Positions 19,959 to 29,969 of a stretch of DNA of 64,000 bases are shown one piece after another; position 1 is the stretch's first letter, and each line of letters opens with the position of its first letter. Source of the stretch: Halobacteroidaceae bacterium (GTDB taxonomy: Bacteria; Bacillota; Halanaerobiia; B1SED10-174); the NCBI GenBank assembly GCA_003554145.1, contig PWFS01000001.1, positions 1,439-65,438 of the forward strand. Reading direction: 5' to 3'. The position numbers were made by a program, and so were the translations under genes. Below the pieces are notes generated by a model. That model was not told where the DNA came from. It did not search any database and saw only the letters and a program-made list of their open reading frames with translations.

Positions 19959-19985
19959 TTGCTTTTTTACCTATCCTGTTATAAT
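19959..19985 (+). promoter_or_regulatory. Candidate promoter for nitronate monooxygenase gene (TTGCTT-15-TATAAT)
   Basis: TTGCTT 19959-19964, TATAAT 19980-19985, 55 nt before ATG 20040. Confidence 0.3.
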
Positions 19986-20039
19986 TAAGATTACAGCTTA
20001 AGTATAGGCAAGTTTAATTATTGCTTGGGAGGAGAGCCA

Positions 20040-20981
20040 ATGGCTGGAGAATTAAAAATTGGAAAGCTTAAAATACCTATCCCTGTTATCCAGGGAGGTA
20101 TGGCAGTCCGCATTTCTACAGCTCCACTGGCTGGAGCGGTGGCTAATGAGGGCGGTGTGGGGATAATAGCCGGTACCGGCATGAGTCTCTCAGAATTAAG
20201 AGATGAAATTAGAAAAGCCCGGGAGTTAACCACGGGAATAATAGGAGTCAATGTCCTGTTTGCGGTAAATAAATTTACCCGGCTGATAAAAACAGCCATT
20301 GAAGAAAAAGTAGATTTAATTATTTCCGGGGCCGGTATTTCCCGGGACATGTATCGCTGGGGAAGAGAGGGTGGAGTGGATATTGTTCCCGTCGTTTCCA
20401 CCGGGAGGCTGGCCAGGATGGCCGAAAGATTTGGAGCTGCAGCAGTTATAGTGGAAGGCAATGAAGCGGGGGGACATCTGGGGACAGATCGACCCCTCAG
20501 GACTATCCTACCGGAGGTAATATCCACGGTAAATATCCCGGTTATTGCCGCGGGGGGAATAATGGAGGCCATTGATATTAAAGAGATGCTGGAACTGGGA
20601 GCGGATGGAGTTCAGATGGGCACCCGTTTTGCAGCCAGCGAGGAATCAAATGCTTCCCCCGAATTTAAGGATTCTTATGTCCGGGCAACCGGTGAGGATA
20701 TTGGGATAATTTCCAGCCCGGTAGGGCTCCCCGGGCGGGGCATAGTCAATAATTTTGCGCGCAGTATTGCCGGAGGTAACAAGCGGGAAATAGGGCGTTG
20801 TTATCAGTGCCTTAAACGCTGCTCCCATCAGTACTGTATTATGGAAGCTTTAAACAATGCTCACCGGGGGGGCAATAGCAGAGCGGCTTTATTCTTTTCC
20901 GGGACAGGAGTGGGGCAGATTAAAGAAATACTATCTGTTCAAGAGATTTTTAAGAATTTAAAGACTGCTTTTAAAGCTTAA
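20040..20981 (+). CDS. Nitronate monooxygenase / 2-nitropropane dioxygenase family FMN oxidoreductase (FabK-like)
   Basis: PIIQGGMA, GGVGII, EAGGH, VIAAGGI, GADGVQMGTRF motifs; GGGAGGAG RBS before ATG 20040. Confidence 0.8.
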   Translation: MAGELKIGKLKIPIPVIQGGMAVRISTAPLAGAVANEGGVGIIAGTGMSLSELRDEIRKARELTTGIIGVNVLFAVNKFTRLIKTAIEEKVDLIISGAGISRDMYRWGREGGVDIVPVVSTGRLARMAERFGAAAVIVEGNEAGGHLGTDRPLRTILPEVISTVNIPVIAAGGIMEAIDIKEMLELGADGVQMGTRFAASEESNASPEFKDSYVRATGEDIGIISSPVGLPGRGIVNNFARSIAGGNKREIGRCYQCLKRCSHQYCIMEALNNAHRGGNSRAALFFSGTGVGQIKEILSVQEIFKNLKTAFKA

Positions 20982-21094
20982 GCCGGTTTTTTAGCAGGTT
21001 GAGTGCAGGTGCAAAACCCTTAAATTGCGGAGTTTTCCTGGGTCCGATTTTCAGCCAGGCACCCTTTTGATAACAGGGAGAGGGGGTAAGAGAA

Positions 21095-21709
21095 ATGAGG
21101 ATGGGTTATATAGTTTTGATTACAGCCCTGTTTTTATTTTCCCTACCGGGAACAGCTGCAGGGTCGGACCTCCATTCATTATGGGAAAAATCCCTGACAA
21201 TAATGGAAAAGCACGAGGAAAGTCCCGGGGAATGGCTTTTTATTTCCATTGAACAATATAACCGCCGGGGCAATCTGTCCGAGTCTTCTAAAGAATGGGT
21301 TCACTTGGAGGGAGAATTAGAAGAGGATGAGCTTCCCGGAAATTTTAGTCTTAACCCTTTTACCCAGGAGAATATCCAGAACCTGGACATCAGCTTTAAG
21401 GGCCGGACCACTTCTGCTGAAAATCTGGAACTGATAAAAATAGGTTTTGTAATAAAACAGGAAGATGGTGATATCCTGGAGGGTACCGCCTGGTTGGAAG
21501 AAGAAACCGGGGCCTTGCGAAAAACAACTTTGTCCCCGGGGGATTTGCCCCTGGGGGTTCGTCGGTTTCAAATCCAGATGGAGTATGAATATTTACCGGG
21601 AGAGAGCTGGTCTCTGGAGAAAGCCTATTTTGAGTTTAAAGGATCCTGGATTATAGTCCACCGGGATATCAGGGGTTATTTTGAATTTCATGAAGAAAAG
21701 GATAGGTAG
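21095..21709 (+). CDS. Secreted hypothetical protein (signal peptide)
   Basis: N-terminal MRMGYIVLITALFLFSLPGTAAG signal-like sequence; GAGGGGG RBS. Confidence 0.5.
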   Translation: MRMGYIVLITALFLFSLPGTAAGSDLHSLWEKSLTIMEKHEESPGEWLFISIEQYNRRGNLSESSKEWVHLEGELEEDELPGNFSLNPFTQENIQNLDISFKGRTTSAENLELIKIGFVIKQEDGDILEGTAWLEEETGALRKTTLSPGDLPLGVRRFQIQMEYEYLPGESWSLEKAYFEFKGSWIIVHRDIRGYFEFHEEKDR

Positions 21710-21803
21710 GGGTTGAAGATTTAATTGCCCGGTGTTTTTCTCAAAAAGAAGGGATCACCGAAAAGCTTGCTCAGAACAACCCCAAAAAGGTTGTGGAGGG
21801 TAT

Positions 21804-22604
21804 GAAATGGTAGAAGTAAAAAAAATCTCCGGAGAAGGAGTTCTGCATAAATGCAGCCTGGAGGGCTTTAATTTTCAGGTCGACCCTTATATTGGTTGTG
21901 AGCACTTGTGTTCATACTGTTATGGGCTTAATCAGGCCATCTCTGACTGGGAAAAACAAATACTGAGTTATGGGGATATTATCGGTGAATTATCTGGCAA
22001 ACTTGCGGTTTTCCCCCCACAAACCATATATATGGGCATGAATTGCGACCCCTATCAGCCAGCAGAAAAACATTTTCAAATGACCCGGGATATTTTAATT
22101 TTGCTGGGGGGAAGTGGGTTTTCGGTTAGCATTCTTACGAAATCGCCGCTGATTTTAAGGGATTTAGATGTTCTGAGCAGGATGGAGGGGGCTTCAGTGG
22201 GGACTTCAATTGCTTTTTCTACAGAAGAAACCCGAAAAAAGTTTGAAAAAAACAGCCCCCCCATTACTGAAAGGCTGGAGATGCTGGCCTCGATGAAAAA
22301 AGCTGGCATAAAAACCTATACCCTGATCTGCCCGGTTTTTCCTTTCATCACTGATACCCTGCAGTTGATTGAAAAGGCTGCACCCTGCTCTGATACCATA
22401 TGGGTTTATCCCCTGCAGATTCAGGGCGAGGAAACCAGTAACTGGCAGAATATAAATCAGATTCTGGAGAACCATTTCCCGGGGATCAGGGCTGAGTTTG
22501 AGGAAATTGTGCTTTCTCGCGGACATCCCTACTGGCAAATATTAAAAGAAGAACTGACAGAAATACGGGATAAAAGAAATCTGGATTTACAGATTAAATT
22601 GTAA
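21804..22604 (+). CDS. Radical SAM protein (SplB/COG1533-like)
   Basis: CEHLCSYCY = CxxxCxxC radical-SAM cluster motif near N-terminus; start ATG 21804 after GGAGGG (ORF extends to 21732). Confidence 0.65.
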   Translation, partial: EMVEVKKISGEGVLHKCSLEGFNFQVDPYIGCEHLCSYCYGLNQAISDWEKQILSYGDIIGELSGKLAVFPPQTIYMGMNCDPYQPAEKHFQMTRDILILLGGSGFSVSILTKSPLILRDLDVLSRMEGASVGTSIAFSTEETRKKFEKNSPPITERLEMLASMKKAGIKTYTLICPVFPFITDTLQLIEKAAPCSDTIWVYPLQIQGEETSNWQNINQILENHFPGIRAEFEEIVLSRGHPYWQILKEELTEIRDKRNLDLQIKL

Positions 22605-22708
22605 ACAGGGGAAGAATTTCAGGGAGCCCGGCTCGTAGCTCCAGGTTTAAAAGTGGATAGTTCCGGGGAAAAAAGGAATCAGCTTTTTGGAGAGAGTGGG
22701 AATGGAAA

Positions 22709-23476
22709 ATGATAAAATATAGGAAATATGGTTCCCGACCGTTTCAAATAGCAGTTATTCATGGAGGACCAGGAGCCCCCGGCAGTCTGCAGTCCCTGGC
22801 CCTTTTCCTGGAAAAACAGGGCGGGGTTCTGGAACCAATGCAGAGCAAAAACACAATTTCCGGTCAAATTAAGGAATTAAGGGAATTATTACTGGAAGAG
22901 GGTACTGTTCCTGCGGTTCTGGTTGGCCATTCCTGGGGCGCCTGGCTGGCATATTTGCTGGCTGCTGATTATCCAGGGCTGTTAAGCCGGCTGATCCTTA
23001 TCGGCACAGGTCCTTTCCAGGATACTTATTTGCCGGAGCTGGAGGCCGAAAGAGAAAAAAGAATAAGCCCGGCAGAAAAACAAAAACTGGAAAAATTAAA
23101 AAATAATATCCACGATCCCGCTTCCTTTCAGAAACTGGGGGAAATAATGTCCCGGATTGATTCCTGGGCGCCGATTCCAGGAGAAAACAGGGCGATTGCC
23201 TATCAGCCCTGGATTTTTAATAGCATAATGGAACAGTTGGGGAAAATGCGCTCAGAAGGGTCCTTACTGGATGCAGGCCGAAAAATTAAATGCCCGGTGG
23301 TTGTGATTCATGGATTTTATGATCCTCATCCCTTTAAAGGCGTAATTGAGCCCCTGCAGGAGGTAATTAATCAGCTTGATTATTTCCTGCTGGAGAATTG
23401 CGGCCATTATCCCTGGCTGGAGAAAGAAGCCCGAACCCGGTTTTGGGCTATAATGGAAAAAGTGCTGCAGGGATAA
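22709..23476 (+). CDS. Alpha/beta-hydrolase fold protein
   Basis: GHSWGAW nucleophile elbow (GxSxG), later D and H-containing segments (HGFYDPHP, CGHYPW). Confidence 0.7.
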   Translation: MIKYRKYGSRPFQIAVIHGGPGAPGSLQSLALFLEKQGGVLEPMQSKNTISGQIKELRELLLEEGTVPAVLVGHSWGAWLAYLLAADYPGLLSRLILIGTGPFQDTYLPELEAEREKRISPAEKQKLEKLKNNIHDPASFQKLGEIMSRIDSWAPIPGENRAIAYQPWIFNSIMEQLGKMRSEGSLLDAGRKIKCPVVVIHGFYDPHPFKGVIEPLQEVINQLDYFLLENCGHYPWLEKEARTRFWAIMEKVLQG

Positions 23477-23624
23477 AGTTGATTTTTTAACTCAATTCAG
23501 GGCTATTCAAGCCCGGTTGCAAAGCAGATTTTAACTGGCTGTTTTGTGGAAAAATTGATAGGGGAACAGTTTTTGCGAGCCAGGAAAAATAAGGAACGGT
23601 TTCCCGGTCCAGAATAAAAAATAG

Positions 23625-23651
23625 GCCCCTTCCAAAATTATTGGAAGGGGC
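23625..23651. terminator. Bidirectional terminator between hydrolase and osmC (GGCCCCTTCCAA-aatta-TTGGAAGGGGC)
   Basis: Perfect 11-bp stem flanked by A-run upstream and T-rich downstream. Confidence 0.55.
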
Positions 23652-23782
23652 TATTATTGCCTTTTATTCTTAAGAAACAGGGCCCCGAAATCAGTTGTTT
23701 AGCAAAAAGGTACTTGAGGTGATGTTAAAAAGATGCCTCGATCGGATTGATTGGCCCTGAGTAACCCGGTCCATGAATTTTC

Positions 23783-24175
23783 TCAGTCAGCAATAACGGT
23801 TTCGATGGCCGGGGGGGTTTTCAGGTGTTTTTTTACGGTACAGGTTTCCGCTGCTTTGATGATCGCTTTGCGATATTTATCTGGAAAAGCAGGGGGTAGC
23901 TTAATTTCGATCTGGACCCTGTCCACAAGCTTTTTTTCCTGATTTTTGTGAGTCCTGAGGTTTAATTCAATTTCCTCGGTGGGAATACCTCGATCCCGGC
24001 AAAACTGCAGAACATAGTAGCCTGCACAGGTTCCAAGTGAAGCCCAGAAAAGATCGAAGGGCGAGGGAGCAGTATCATTACCGCCTGCTTCTGAGGGTTG
24101 ATCGGTGTGAACCGTAAAACCATTATAGGAGGCGTCAACTTTTTGTCCTCCTGGAAAAGAGATTTCCATATTCAT
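23783..24175 (-). CDS. osmC: OsmC/Ohr-family peroxiredoxin-like protein
   Basis: 130 aa; LFWASLGTCAGYYV and AETCTVKKHL (two conserved Cys) typical of OsmC family. Confidence 0.8.
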   Translation of the reverse strand: MNMEISFPGGQKVDASYNGFTVHTDQPSEAGGNDTAPSPFDLFWASLGTCAGYYVLQFCRDRGIPTEEIELNLRTHKNQEKKLVDRVQIEIKLPPAFPDKYRKAIIKAAETCTVKKHLKTPPAIETVIAD

Positions 24176-24610
24176 AGCTTTTATCCCTCCTGTTGGGTGG
24201 ACTGAATCCAGTATATCACAAAAACAAATTTCTGGAAATAAAGCCAGAACCGTTATTTCTTTTTAGTTTTCTTTTCCAGCAGGTGTTTTTCCGCCTCTTT
24301 AACTATTCGGTCCAGGTCCTCTTCTGTCCCCCGGGGAAGATCTGGAGCTTTAAAATCCCCCAGGATTTGCTGGACTTCCTCATAGGCCCGGTCCAGGACA
24401 GCTGGCTGTCCTTGAAAATATATTTCTCTAATAGTTTACCGCTGCACCGAGCAGCGAATTTTATAATTTCTAAAAAAGGTATTAATTCCCTGCAAATTGT
24501 TTCAGAAAATTCCGAATCACGGGGCAAGGGTTTTTGAAGTGCAGGTTTTCTGGCTGAAAGGGGGTAAATAATTAACAGGGGAAATTATGCCCCGGGGAGG
24601 TGATTATTAA

Positions 24611-25291
24611 ATGTGCGGTCGTTTTTCTCTCACCGTTGACGAATTTTTTATTTTGATTGAAAGATTTGGCATTAAGGGCTCACCTGATATTGAGTACCGC
24701 CCCAGTTATAATATTGCCCCGAGCCAGCCCGTATTGATCATAAGAAAGAGGGCAGGAGATTTGCAGGCGGCTTATGTAAAATGGGGTTTGATCCCCGCCT
24801 GGGTTAAGGATCTGCAGAAAGCCCCCAGAATTATCAATGCCCGCTCGGAAACTGTAGGGGAAAAGCCATCTTTTCGTTCTGCTTTTCGCCGCCGGCGCTG
24901 CTTGATTCCCGCTGATGGGTTTTATGAGTGGAAGAAAGAGGGACAGAAGAAAATCCCGTTCCGATTTCACCTGCCCCAGGATCAATTATTTGCTTTTGCT
25001 GGAATATGGGAAAAGTGGCAGGGGGCGGAGGGAGAAGTGATTGAGACCTCAAGCATTTTAACTGCTGAAGCCAGCCCGGATGTTGCCCCTGTCCATGAGC
25101 GGATGCCTCTCATTCTTAAGACGGAACAGGAAAAAATGTGGCTGGCAGAAGAGGCCGAAGAAAAGGATTTAAAAGAATTAATCGCAGCTTTTAAGCCACC
25201 CCGTTTAGAAATGTACCGGGTTTCCCAGGCGGTAAATTCACCTCGCAATAATTCCCCCCAACTATTGGAGAAAAAAGATACTCTGTTCTAA
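24611..25291 (+). CDS. SOS-response associated peptidase (SRAP/YedK, abasic-site processing protein)
   Basis: MCGRF N-terminus with catalytic Cys2, YNIAPSQ, FYEW; GGAGGTG RBS. Confidence 0.85.
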   Translation: MCGRFSLTVDEFFILIERFGIKGSPDIEYRPSYNIAPSQPVLIIRKRAGDLQAAYVKWGLIPAWVKDLQKAPRIINARSETVGEKPSFRSAFRRRRCLIPADGFYEWKKEGQKKIPFRFHLPQDQLFAFAGIWEKWQGAEGEVIETSSILTAEASPDVAPVHERMPLILKTEQEKMWLAEEAEEKDLKELIAAFKPPRLEMYRVSQAVNSPRNNSPQLLEKKDTLF

Positions 25292-25298
25292 ATGAATA

Positions 25299-25322
25299 AA
25301 GCCCCGGTAAAAACCGGGGGCT
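25299..25322. terminator. Hairpin AGCCCCGG-taaaaa-CCGGGGGCT between convergent SRAP and methyltransferase genes
   Basis: GC stem; T-rich flank on minus strand. Confidence 0.4.
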
Positions 25323-25327
25323 GTTAG

Positions 25328-25903
25328 TTAATAAATGAAGGGTAAAAAGCGGTAACGCTGGGCTTTCCATTCCAGGTAGCGGGTTCCAATTACTTCTTCC
25401 ATTAATTCTTCCTCTTCCTGCATTCTTTTATTTAAAGAAGCAAACATTATCACCGCAGAAAAAATCGCGGCAGGATAGTTGGTGAGAAAGAGGGGGATAC
25501 CGGTAGTGAGGAGAAAAAGGCCCAAATACAGGGGGTGACGCAGATAAGAATAGAGACCTGAACCGACCAGGGCCTGACTTTCTTCAGCCTCAGTTGCCCG
25601 GCTGAAATTCAGTCCCAGCATTTTTATGGACCAGTAGCGGCAGATCAGCCCGCTCAGGTAAATCATTAATCCCCCGGTTCTCATGATACTTCCCGCCGTC
25701 CCGGAAACAAGCCCTATTCCAGCTCGGCTAAGAGAAATGGATAGAATTATTGACGCCAGGATGGAAAACATAATGATAAAAAATGACCCCTGCCCCTTTT
25801 TGTCCTGGGTGGAGGAGGGGAAAAAAATAAATTCAGCCCACCACATCAGGGTTGCAGCGATAAAAAGGATCATTTGAAAATCCCAGATTAATGGTTCGCG
25901 CAT
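25328..25903 (-). CDS. Isoprenylcysteine carboxyl methyltransferase (ICMT)/phospholipid methyltransferase-family membrane methyltransferase
   Basis: Multi-TM; GLYSYLRHPLYLG motif characteristic of ICMT/PEMT family. Confidence 0.65.
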   Translation of the reverse strand: MREPLIWDFQMILFIAATLMWWAEFIFFPSSTQDKKGQGSFFIIMFSILASIILSISLSRAGIGLVSGTAGSIMRTGGLMIYLSGLICRYWSIKMLGLNFSRATEAEESQALVGSGLYSYLRHPLYLGLFLLTTGIPLFLTNYPAAIFSAVIMFASLNKRMQEEEELMEEVIGTRYLEWKAQRYRFLPFIY

Positions 25904-26033
25904 GGATCTGCCTCCTTTTATTAACAGAATCAGGTTGGTGAAAACTGTTCATTTAAAGGGCAGGAATTTTTTCCTGCTGGGGGAATTAATTAATAATTAA
26001 TCTTAATAAAAAGCACAGTTAGGGGGTTTGTTT

Positions 26034-27533
26034 ATGAGTAAAGGAAAAGTTGTAGTTGTCGGGGCTGGCCCGGGGGGGCTTACCAGTGCTATGCTCCTGG
26101 CGACAAGAGGTTTTGAGGTGCAGGTTTTCGAAAAGGAACCGGTCCTGGGGGGGCGCAATGCGGCATTGAAACTGGGGGATTATACTTTTGATATTGGACC
26201 AACTTTTTTTATGATGAAATTTATTCTGGACCAGATTTTCAAGGAAACAGGCCGGCAGGCTGAAGATTATCTGGATTTCAAACTTCTCGATCCCATGTAC
26301 CGGCTGCAGTTTGAGGATCGGGAAATATACATATCCAGTGATACCGAGAAAATGCAGGCGGAAATAGATCGGCATTTTCCGGGCAATGAAGGAGCTGTGC
26401 AAAACTTTTTAAGCCGTGAAGAAAAGAGACTGAAAAAACTTTTGCCCTGCCTGCAGCGACCATATAGTTCCTGGACTGATCTACTGGCTCCTGAAGTCCT
26501 GCAACTTCTGCCGCGCTTGAGTCTGGGTAGATCCCTTTTTGATGTTCTGGGAGACTATTTTTCCGAAGAACAGTTGAAACTCTCCTTTACTTTTCAGGCC
26601 AAATACCTGGGGATGTCTCCCTGGGAATGTCCCGGAGCCTTTGCCATTATTCCATTTATTGAACATAATTTTGGTATTTATCATATTCAGGGGGGCTTGA
26701 ATCAGATATCCGAGATGATGGGGAAAATTGTCCAGGAAGAGGGCGGGCAGATTCATACATCTACTCCGGTCAGCAAGATTATGGTTAAAGAAAAAAGAGC
26801 CTGTGGGGTAGAACTGGAGGATGGAACCCGGGTGGAAGCAGACAAGGTTATAATTAATGCGGATTTTGCCCATGCCATGAACGAATTATTTGACCCCGGG
26901 GTTTTGAAAAAGTATAACTCTCAGGCCCTGGAGCGCAAGAAATATTCCTGTTCCACCTTTATGCTGTACCTGGGCCTGGATAGGGAATATGATATCAATC
27001 ATCACAATATTGTTTTTGCCAGGAATTACCGGGAAAATGTTGATGATATTTTCAAGAATTTTAAATTGAGTGATGATATGTCCATCTATATCCAAAATCC
27101 TACTATAACTGATCCCGGTTTAGCCCCTGCAGGCCACTCGGCCCTGTATATCCTGGTTCCAATTGCCAATCGGCAGGCACCGGTGGAATGGAATGAACAA
27201 CAGGTTAAATATTACCGGGACCTGGTCCTGCAGACGATTAAGGAGAAAACCAGCCTTAAGGATATCGAGGAACATATTGTCCAGGAAAAGGCCATAACCC
27301 CTTTAAACTGGGAACAGGATTTCAGTGTTTACCGGGGGGCCACTTTTAACCTGGGTCATAATCTGTCCCAGATGCTCTATTTCCGGCCCCGGAACCGTTT
27401 TGAAGAGCTGGATGATTGCTTTCTGGTTGGGGGTGGAACCAATCCCGGCAGCGGCTTACCCACAATCTATGAGTCCGGCCGGATTGCTACCCGCCTGATA
27501 TGCTCAGATTATAATTTGCCATATGACCTTTAA
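26034..27533 (+). CDS. Phytoene-desaturase-family FAD oxidoreductase (CrtI/CrtN-like)
   Basis: VVVVGAGPGGLTSAMLLATRGFEVQVFEK dinucleotide-binding motif, C-terminal GGGTNPGSGLP; start ATG 26034 (ORF from TTG 26028). Confidence 0.8.
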   Translation: MSKGKVVVVGAGPGGLTSAMLLATRGFEVQVFEKEPVLGGRNAALKLGDYTFDIGPTFFMMKFILDQIFKETGRQAEDYLDFKLLDPMYRLQFEDREIYISSDTEKMQAEIDRHFPGNEGAVQNFLSREEKRLKKLLPCLQRPYSSWTDLLAPEVLQLLPRLSLGRSLFDVLGDYFSEEQLKLSFTFQAKYLGMSPWECPGAFAIIPFIEHNFGIYHIQGGLNQISEMMGKIVQEEGGQIHTSTPVSKIMVKEKRACGVELEDGTRVEADKVIINADFAHAMNELFDPGVLKKYNSQALERKKYSCSTFMLYLGLDREYDINHHNIVFARNYRENVDDIFKNFKLSDDMSIYIQNPTITDPGLAPAGHSALYILVPIANRQAPVEWNEQQVKYYRDLVLQTIKEKTSLKDIEEHIVQEKAITPLNWEQDFSVYRGATFNLGHNLSQMLYFRPRNRFEELDDCFLVGGGTNPGSGLPTIYESGRIATRLICSDYNLPYDL

Positions 27534-27550
27534 AGGAGGGAGGGGCTTAT

Positions 27551-29032
27551 TCAGCCCCTTCCTTTAGTTATTTTATCCCGGACCTGCAGTCCCGAAAGGA
27601 AGGCCATGGGCATTCCCCCGCCGGGGTTTACGCTGCCCCCGGTAAAAAATAGGTTGCGATATTTGCCGCTGACCTTGGGAGCTTTGAAACCCAGGTTTTT
27701 TTTGCGGTCAGAAACCACTCCGTAAATTGCTCCCCGATTGGAAAGATACAGGTTTTGAATATCGGCCGGGGACCACATCAGTTCGGTGACAATATGTTTA
27801 CGCAGGTCGGTTAACCCCATTTTTTCCAGTTTTTGCAGGACCTTTTCCCGGAGATCCATTAAATCCCCCTGAGAAAAAGGCTGCTCCTGTAGATGGGGAA
27901 TGTGGGGCAAAATTTTAATCACTTCTCCCCCCTCTGGAGCAGTTGCAGGATTGGTCTGGGTGGGAGCGACCAGGTAAATGGTTGGATCTTCAGGCAGTTT
28001 TTTCTCCTGGAAAATAGTGTGGAAGTGTTTTTCGGGATCGGAGGAGAAGAAAAAGTTGTGATGGGCCAGGTCGGGGTACTTGCGATCAACTCCCAGGTGC
28101 AGCACCAGCCCCGAACAGGCCGGTTCAAAGCGGTTCAGGCTGCGCATAAAGGCCTCTTCTTCCCCCAGCAATTCCTTATAGGCGGGGATAACCTCCATGT
28201 TGGAAACAAATAAATCACCCTTTACGACTTCCCCGTTCTCCAACTCCAGGCAGGTGATGGAACTCCCTTCAGTACGAAGACGACTGACCCGGCTTTCCAG
28301 GTGAACTTTGCCTCCCAGTTCCTGGAAAAGCTTCTGCAGGGCCTCACTCAGTTTAAAAAGGCCCCCCCGCACATACCATAACCCGAATTCATGCTGAATA
28401 AAGGGTAAAAGGTTCAGAATAGCCGGGGCTGAGTAAGGGGAGGAGCCTACGTACTTGATGAAAAAATTAAAAATATCAATGAGATAGGAGTTGTTTATGT
28501 AGCGGTTAACCCCCCGGTTCATGGTGGAGAACAGGTCAAAGCCCCGCAGGGTATCCCAGATTCCGTGAAATCGGATCAACTGGGGAAGGGTATCGATACC
28601 CTCCTGGAAATAACCTTTTTCCACCTGTTCATAGAGTTTTTTGGTGTAGGATAAAAATCGGTTCATTTCCTCTGCATCCTTAGAACTCAGGATGCTGTTT
28701 TTCTGTACCATTTCTTCGGGGGCAGCATAGAGGTCAATAACCGTGTCATCGGGGAAGAAATTGCGCCACTGCAGTTCCAGCAGTTCAAATTCCACGTAAT
28801 CCTTAATGTTGCGGCCAGCTTCGGTGAAGGCCTGTTCAAAAATATGGGGCATGGTTAGAATGGAAGGCCCCAGGTCAAAGGAAAAACCATCCTGCTCAGT
28901 ATAATTGAGCTTACCGCCCAGGTGCTTATTTTTTTCAAAGAGCTCAACTTCATAACCAGAATTCAAAAGGGAGATACCGGCAGCAAGTCCTCCCAGGCCG
29001 CCACCAATGATTTTTGCCTGCGGGGTATTCAT
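27551..29032 (-). CDS. Second phytoene-desaturase-family FAD oxidoreductase (CrtI/CrtN/CrtP-like)
   Basis: KIIGGGLGGLAAGISLLNSGYEVELFEK..., GGSVNPGGGMP; convergent with first copy, 17 nt apart. Confidence 0.8.
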   Translation of the reverse strand: MNTPQAKIIGGGLGGLAAGISLLNSGYEVELFEKNKHLGGKLNYTEQDGFSFDLGPSILTMPHIFEQAFTEAGRNIKDYVEFELLELQWRNFFPDDTVIDLYAAPEEMVQKNSILSSKDAEEMNRFLSYTKKLYEQVEKGYFQEGIDTLPQLIRFHGIWDTLRGFDLFSTMNRGVNRYINNSYLIDIFNFFIKYVGSSPYSAPAILNLLPFIQHEFGLWYVRGGLFKLSEALQKLFQELGGKVHLESRVSRLRTEGSSITCLELENGEVVKGDLFVSNMEVIPAYKELLGEEEAFMRSLNRFEPACSGLVLHLGVDRKYPDLAHHNFFFSSDPEKHFHTIFQEKKLPEDPTIYLVAPTQTNPATAPEGGEVIKILPHIPHLQEQPFSQGDLMDLREKVLQKLEKMGLTDLRKHIVTELMWSPADIQNLYLSNRGAIYGVVSDRKKNLGFKAPKVSGKYRNLFFTGGSVNPGGGMPMAFLSGLQVRDKITKGRG

Positions 29033-29140
29033 AACTATTTATCGCCACCTTTTTTTGCCAGAATATAGTAATAGTTCTGATTAAAGCCCGGAAATCCTGC
29101 AATTTTTTTTCAAATTAAAGGATTTGTTTACCGGAAATAA

Positions 29141-29169
29141 TTGACAGGGAGAAGCTTTGTTGATATAAT
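29141..29169 (+). promoter_or_regulatory. Consensus sigma70 promoter TTGACA-17-TATAAT driving ArsR-family regulator
   Basis: TTGACA 29141-29146, exactly 17-nt spacer, TATAAT 29164-29169; GGAGG RBS 29197-29201; ATG 29209. Confidence 0.6.
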
Positions 29170-29208
29170 TAACTCGGTCAAAAAAAATTAACCGTTGGAG
29201 GCAAATCC

Positions 29209-29784
29209 ATGCAGGATGTCCTTTTTTTGACCCGGTTAGAACAGCTGAAAGCTTTAAGTGACCCCCTGCGGATGGCAATATTAGCCCGGCTGATGGAACA
29301 ACCCTATACCGGGCAGCAGCTGGCCCGAATATTAGAGGTGCCCCGCAGCAAGGTCCATTATCACCTGGGGGAAATGGAAAAGAACGGTATTGTAGAGGTA
29401 GTTCGCCGGGAGGAAAAGCAGGGGATTATGCAAAAATTTTACCGGGCAGTAGCCCGCTCTATTGTTCCCAGTTCGGAACTCCTGGGGTTTGTTGATGCAC
29501 ATTCCGTGCGCAGTGTGGGGCTGGAGGTAGTGGAAAAAACCCGGGAGGAAATTCTCCGAGCGCCTCCTGAAGCCCTGGAATTCAAAGAAGGCTCCATCCA
29601 GGAACAGACTTCTCTCTTTTACAACTTCCAGGTTCAAATGAAGCCCCGAGAATTTGCGGTTTTATTGGGGGAAATTGAGAAGATCCTGGGTAAGATTGAA
29701 AGTCGGGATGGTAGTGGAGAAGAAAGTTTTTTTGTCAGTTTTACCGGGTTTTCCCGGAGCCCGCAATCTCCCCCGGCTCCTTAG
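29209..29784 (+). CDS. ArsR/SmtB-family HTH transcriptional regulator with C-terminal extension
   Basis: LSDPLRMAILARL...GQQLARILEVPRSKVHYHLGEMEKNGIV winged-helix signature. Confidence 0.7.
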   Translation: MQDVLFLTRLEQLKALSDPLRMAILARLMEQPYTGQQLARILEVPRSKVHYHLGEMEKNGIVEVVRREEKQGIMQKFYRAVARSIVPSSELLGFVDAHSVRSVGLEVVEKTREEILRAPPEALEFKEGSIQEQTSLFYNFQVQMKPREFAVLLGEIEKILGKIESRDGSGEESFFVSFTGFSRSPQSPPAP

Positions 29785-29969
29785 TTTTGTTTTTCGATTC
29801 TAACCGGGTCTCCCCCGTATAATATGTGGCAGGTGAAAACAGGAGCAAAAAGGAACCCCCTTTTCCTGAAAGCTCCTGTTTTGCCTTTTCGGAAATGACA
29901 ACTGCAGGAAGATATAATAGGGGCGTTATGATATAATGAAAAACATCACTCCCAGAGGGAGGGGTATCC

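Noticed and set aside
24193-24537. Overlapping 114-aa (+) and 74-aa (-) ORFs between osmC and the SRAP gene
   Set aside because: Neither has an RBS or a recognisable domain. Composition is AT-rich and leader-like. Possibly a gene remnant, but there is no supporting evidence.
27530-27560. Possible hairpin (GGAGGGAGGGGC...GCCCCTTCCTT) between the two convergent CrtI-family genes as a shared terminator
   Set aside because: The stem is imperfect and overlaps the stop codon region of the minus-strand gene. There is too little U-run on either side to call a terminator.
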